A stretch of 63,985 bases of DNA, counting the filler, from Stramenopiles sp. TOSAG23-3 (lineage: Eukaryota): NCBI GenBank assembly GCA_900128585.1. It is 3 parts of 3 records of this genome, joined end to end, with 100 filler letters (N's around TTAATTAATTAA, not from the genome) between each part and the next. Parts side by side here need not be neighbours in the genome. Positions count along the whole stretch, not along the records: positions 44,181 to 63,985 come from LT642389.1; 2 more parts are not named here. One strand, given 5' to 3'. Positions 60,822 through 63,985 of the stretch are shown one piece after another. The notes below the pieces were generated by a model. It was not told the DNA's origin. It did not search any database and was given only the letters and a program-made list of their open reading frames with translations. Numbering within the stretch: position 1 is the stretch's first letter; each line of letters begins with the position of its first letter. Made by a program: the position numbers and the translations under genes.

Positions 60822-61401
60822 TTAAAAATCTCATTTAAGCTGTTCCACTTACCCGGTACTTGATCTCATTTAATTTTTTTCTTATCCACAGTCAAAATTA
60901 CACTACACACGGGCGGTACATCGAACCCGTACCTGTACCGGTACCTGGTATTATAGGTACAGGTACCTGTACCGTTCCGGTATAATATAATATTTATACC
61001 TGGTACGGTTCCTGGTATTAATACCTGTACCAGGTACCGTACTTCAGAAAAAAAACTGAACTTGTTTTTTCTAGCACCTCTAATATGAATAATGATGCTA
61101 TTGCGCTGTAAAATAATAATATTATTACAGTCCACCACAAATTCGCACAATTATTTAATAGTATTACTACTACTACCGGTATATATTACAGACGACCACA
61201 TAACACACACGTTTTCGTCGCACGCGGTTATCTCTTCGTTCACGCTTTTCCTTTGCTTCAGATCATACATTCTTATTCAATTGTTTCGTCTTTTTAAAGA
61301 ATTTTAATAAACTGCGTGGTAGTAAAATGCGTGGGATACGTGCATGAACATTTTAGGCGCCTGCATTTCTATAAAACATACCTTACCTCTTATTTTCACC
61401 A

Positions 61402-63270
61402 ATGAACCTGGAAGATGAACAGCGTCTAAAGGCTCACAAACGTCGCCTGGAGTCTGGTGAACTCGACGGTCCCTGCAACCAACGAAAACGGAAGCGGTTG
61501 ATGATGAAAATCGCTAAATTGAAAAAGAAATGTGCTGCCGATAATCTGAGTACCAGTGCTCCAAAGAAAAACAAGCTGAACAGGAAGCAACGAAAAGTTA
61601 AAACTTTGCATTTGAACAAAGAGTTGAAGGAGCTGGCGCAACGCAAGCAACTAAAGCGCGCCCAAAACGCGTTCCGGAAAGGGGAGAGCCTTGGCATCGT
61701 CGACAAGCACTCGTACACCAACATGATCAATGCGTATATTCGTTGTGGGAAAAATGATATGGGAAAGCTCCTGCTGGACCAAATGGTTAAGAGAGGAATC
61801 GAGCCTTCAGTCGTTACGTACACAGTGCTGTTAAAAGGGGCTTGCGAAAGTGGAACGTTGCAGTTGGCGAAAAATATATTGTGTGATATGGAGCGATCTA
61901 GTGTTGCCCACAACTTACGAAGCTGTAACACGTACTTGCGTATGACGATGGACCCGGACTTTACGACGTACGAATACCTTGTCAGCCTGCTGTGCAGGGC
62001 GTTGCATGTGAACGACGCAGCTGAGATAATCAAGACTTTAGAAAACGAAACTTCGACCGATAATGTATCGCTGGATATTTGGCTAGCAAGAACATATGCG
62101 ATGCTCCGCGAAAGAGCGAAGTCGCAGCATTTTTTGATCAGAGCACAGAACAAAATTGATAAAAACTCAATGCTAGACCAGCAAATTCAGCACAGGCGAG
62201 AGCGAACATCAAGAGAGAGAGAGAAGCACGACTTGTCGAGGGCACGGTCCATTGCCCAGTTTGCAAATCATCGTCAAGAAGAGTTGAGACTAAAACTTCA
62301 CCAACTCGAACAAGTCCATCAGTACTGGTCGAACAGCAGTCCCTCTCTTAGCCACTATTTTAGGAATGTCATAGTAATTGGGGACATGGCTCAGGCCGCC
62401 GATGATCATATTGCGAAAACTGGCAATGAGAGCACAGGGAGCAATTCTACAGGTGCAAAGCATCTTCGAACAAATTTCTCTATAGCCAATCTAGAGGATC
62501 GGTACGGCTGCGCCGGTGGCAGAGAAAACAAAACGTTGCACAGATCGACCGTGGAAAAATTTGATGATTCAGGCAAACTTAACCTGCCCGGCCAGTCGAT
62601 CAAGTTAGAAATTGGTGCTGGCACAGGAGAATGGGCACGATCACAAGCAAAGAGGGATAAATCATCAACTTGGGTAACACTTGAGTTACGCAGTGATCGG
62701 GTGTACGAGACTTTCTGTGGCATTGCTCTCAACCATCAAAACAATGTTATCGCCATTGAGGGAGAAGCGAACAATGTTGTAGAAAATTGCATGCCCTCCC
62801 AAACGATTGACTGGATATTTATCAACCACCCCGAGCCACCGGAAAGAACTGGCGGAGAGAGTGATTCGAATGGTGCTCATTTATTGACCTGCGACTTCTT
62901 TCGGCAATTGTTGCGCGTTTTGAAGCCAGAAGGAAAGTTGACTGTAATGACCGACAACCTACGATATGGACGGTCCCTTGTGGAAAATATTTCGAAGAAC
63001 AGTTTCGTAGACGTTCTAAAAACGAATGACCACCAAGAGCTCGTGAAACTGGGCTCTACGTCTCAACAGCACGGTGAAATTGTTCAGTTGAACCCAAATG
63101 CCCTCGAAAAGCAAGAAAGTACTGGGTTTGTCACACTTTACGAAGGCAATCCTGGCGAAAAGGCGGGGCACACTGTCGACGCGTCCTCCCAATTCGGCCG
63201 CTTGTGGGACACCGGCAGTAAAGTTAGACGGTTTTACATGTGCGTTACACCAGGCGAGCAGAGAAGCTAA
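61402..63270 (+). CDS. PPR-TGM protein: PPR repeats fused to a TrmB-like tRNA (guanine-N7) methyltransferase
   Basis: PPR repeats SYTNMINAYIRCG and PSVVTYTVLLKGACESG. TrmB-like motifs LEIGAGTGEW, LELRSDRV, INHPEPPE, VLKPEGKLTVMTDN. Confidence 0.88.
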   Translation: MNLEDEQRLKAHKRRLESGELDGPCNQRKRKRLMMKIAKLKKKCAADNLSTSAPKKNKLNRKQRKVKTLHLNKELKELAQRKQLKRAQNAFRKGESLGIVDKHSYTNMINAYIRCGKNDMGKLLLDQMVKRGIEPSVVTYTVLLKGACESGTLQLAKNILCDMERSSVAHNLRSCNTYLRMTMDPDFTTYEYLVSLLCRALHVNDAAEIIKTLENETSTDNVSLDIWLARTYAMLRERAKSQHFLIRAQNKIDKNSMLDQQIQHRRERTSREREKHDLSRARSIAQFANHRQEELRLKLHQLEQVHQYWSNSSPSLSHYFRNVIVIGDMAQAADDHIAKTGNESTGSNSTGAKHLRTNFSIANLEDRYGCAGGRENKTLHRSTVEKFDDSGKLNLPGQSIKLEIGAGTGEWARSQAKRDKSSTWVTLELRSDRVYETFCGIALNHQNNVIAIEGEANNVVENCMPSQTIDWIFINHPEPPERTGGESDSNGAHLLTCDFFRQLLRVLKPEGKLTVMTDNLRYGRSLVENISKNSFVDVLKTNDHQELVKLGSTSQQHGEIVQLNPNALEKQESTGFVTLYEGNPGEKAGHTVDASSQFGRLWDTGSKVRRFYMCVTPGEQRS

Positions 63271-63916
63271 TGCACCGATTAGCACTTGCTCTGAGAATCA
63301 CCACGGTGGTGGGAATTAATTGAAAAGAGGGTTGGCAACCGACCACCCCACAAATATTATACGTTTAATCAAGATTTTTCAATCGGAGATAGATATATTA
63401 TGCATATTTTATGAAGAAAAAATATTAATGCTATTCCTATATAATTTTACTATCGCTCTTCAAAAATAAGAAACACGACTGTCGTTGTTTTTCTTTACGT
63501 AAAATGCGATGGTAGACACCTGTTCAACAAAGCGTCAATTGTCCTTGGCGCGAAAAAAAATCTGACTCGATTTGCAAAGTATGGAAGCGTTCCGTCAGAA
63601 AATGACAAACGAAAGCATGGAGGACGTATAACTGTATAAGTTTAGATCACACAACCGTTCCGCTTCCCACGTCTGCGCTTCAACGAGCGTTTGTAAATTG
63701 TTTGCCCTCAATTGACTTGGAATTACGGTTCCTAGGGACAATTTTGTGTGAAATGGGCGATTTGGACCAAACGCCACCCCAACAACCACTTGTTCATTTA
63801 ATTGTGTTGGAATAACAAATCGCATAGGCATACTTTTATCTATCTAAAACTACTTTTGAGCGTTTGAAATTAAGAAAAAAAACCTGTTTTCATAAAGATC
63901 TCTTCATTTCAAATAG

Positions 63917-63985
63917 TTAACACAAAGTCCATGGTACTTTTTCAATTCCGCGCCACAGATACTCGTCAATTGCAAATCGACGGTC
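63917..63985 (-). CDS. Possible 3' end of a gene truncated by the window edge
   Basis: Open frame from the window end (DRRFAIDEYLWRGIEKVPWTLC*) followed by AT-rich sequence. Too short to be sure. Confidence 0.3.
   Translation of the reverse strand, partial: DRRFAIDEYLWRGIEKVPWTLC

Noticed and set aside
63595-63831. 78-aa minus-strand ORF
   Set aside because: No motifs or clear coding signal. May be UTR of a neighbouring gene.

Overview
Gene-dense eukaryotic (protist, probably a flagellated stramenopile-like organism; inference) nuclear DNA with about 27 apparently intronless genes. GC-rich coding blocks alternate with very AT-rich, microsatellite-laden spacers. Recognisable genes: a NEK kinase, mitochondrial bL34, eIF4A-III-like helicase, eIF4E, MRE11, RCC1, TOP3B, an ARF/ARL GTPase, a TGS1-like methyltransferase, NOC2, a PPR-TrmB fusion, and SPICE1-like and axonemal-type proteins. 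Two 100-nt N/TTAATTAATTAA/N spacers show the window is joined contigs, so adjacency across them is unreliable. Most notable observations: (1) RCC1 carries at its N-terminus what looks like the conserved RCC1-activating segment of Nup50/Nup2. (2) A secreted, probably GPI-anchored LPMO-like protein has Cys-rich repeats inserted inside the catalytic domain and Trp at the usual axial Tyr/Phe position. (3) An Ada3-like/PHD/3xHMG chromatin fusion protein. (4) A signal-peptide-bearing TPR/DOT1-like methyltransferase. (5) A bacterial-type tandem GNAT fusion. (6) A dispersed TAACAGCCAATTTTCTTG element seen only between convergent gene ends. (7) GTAC-dense patches upstream of both PPR genes. All family assignments come from motif recognition by eye; no searches were run.
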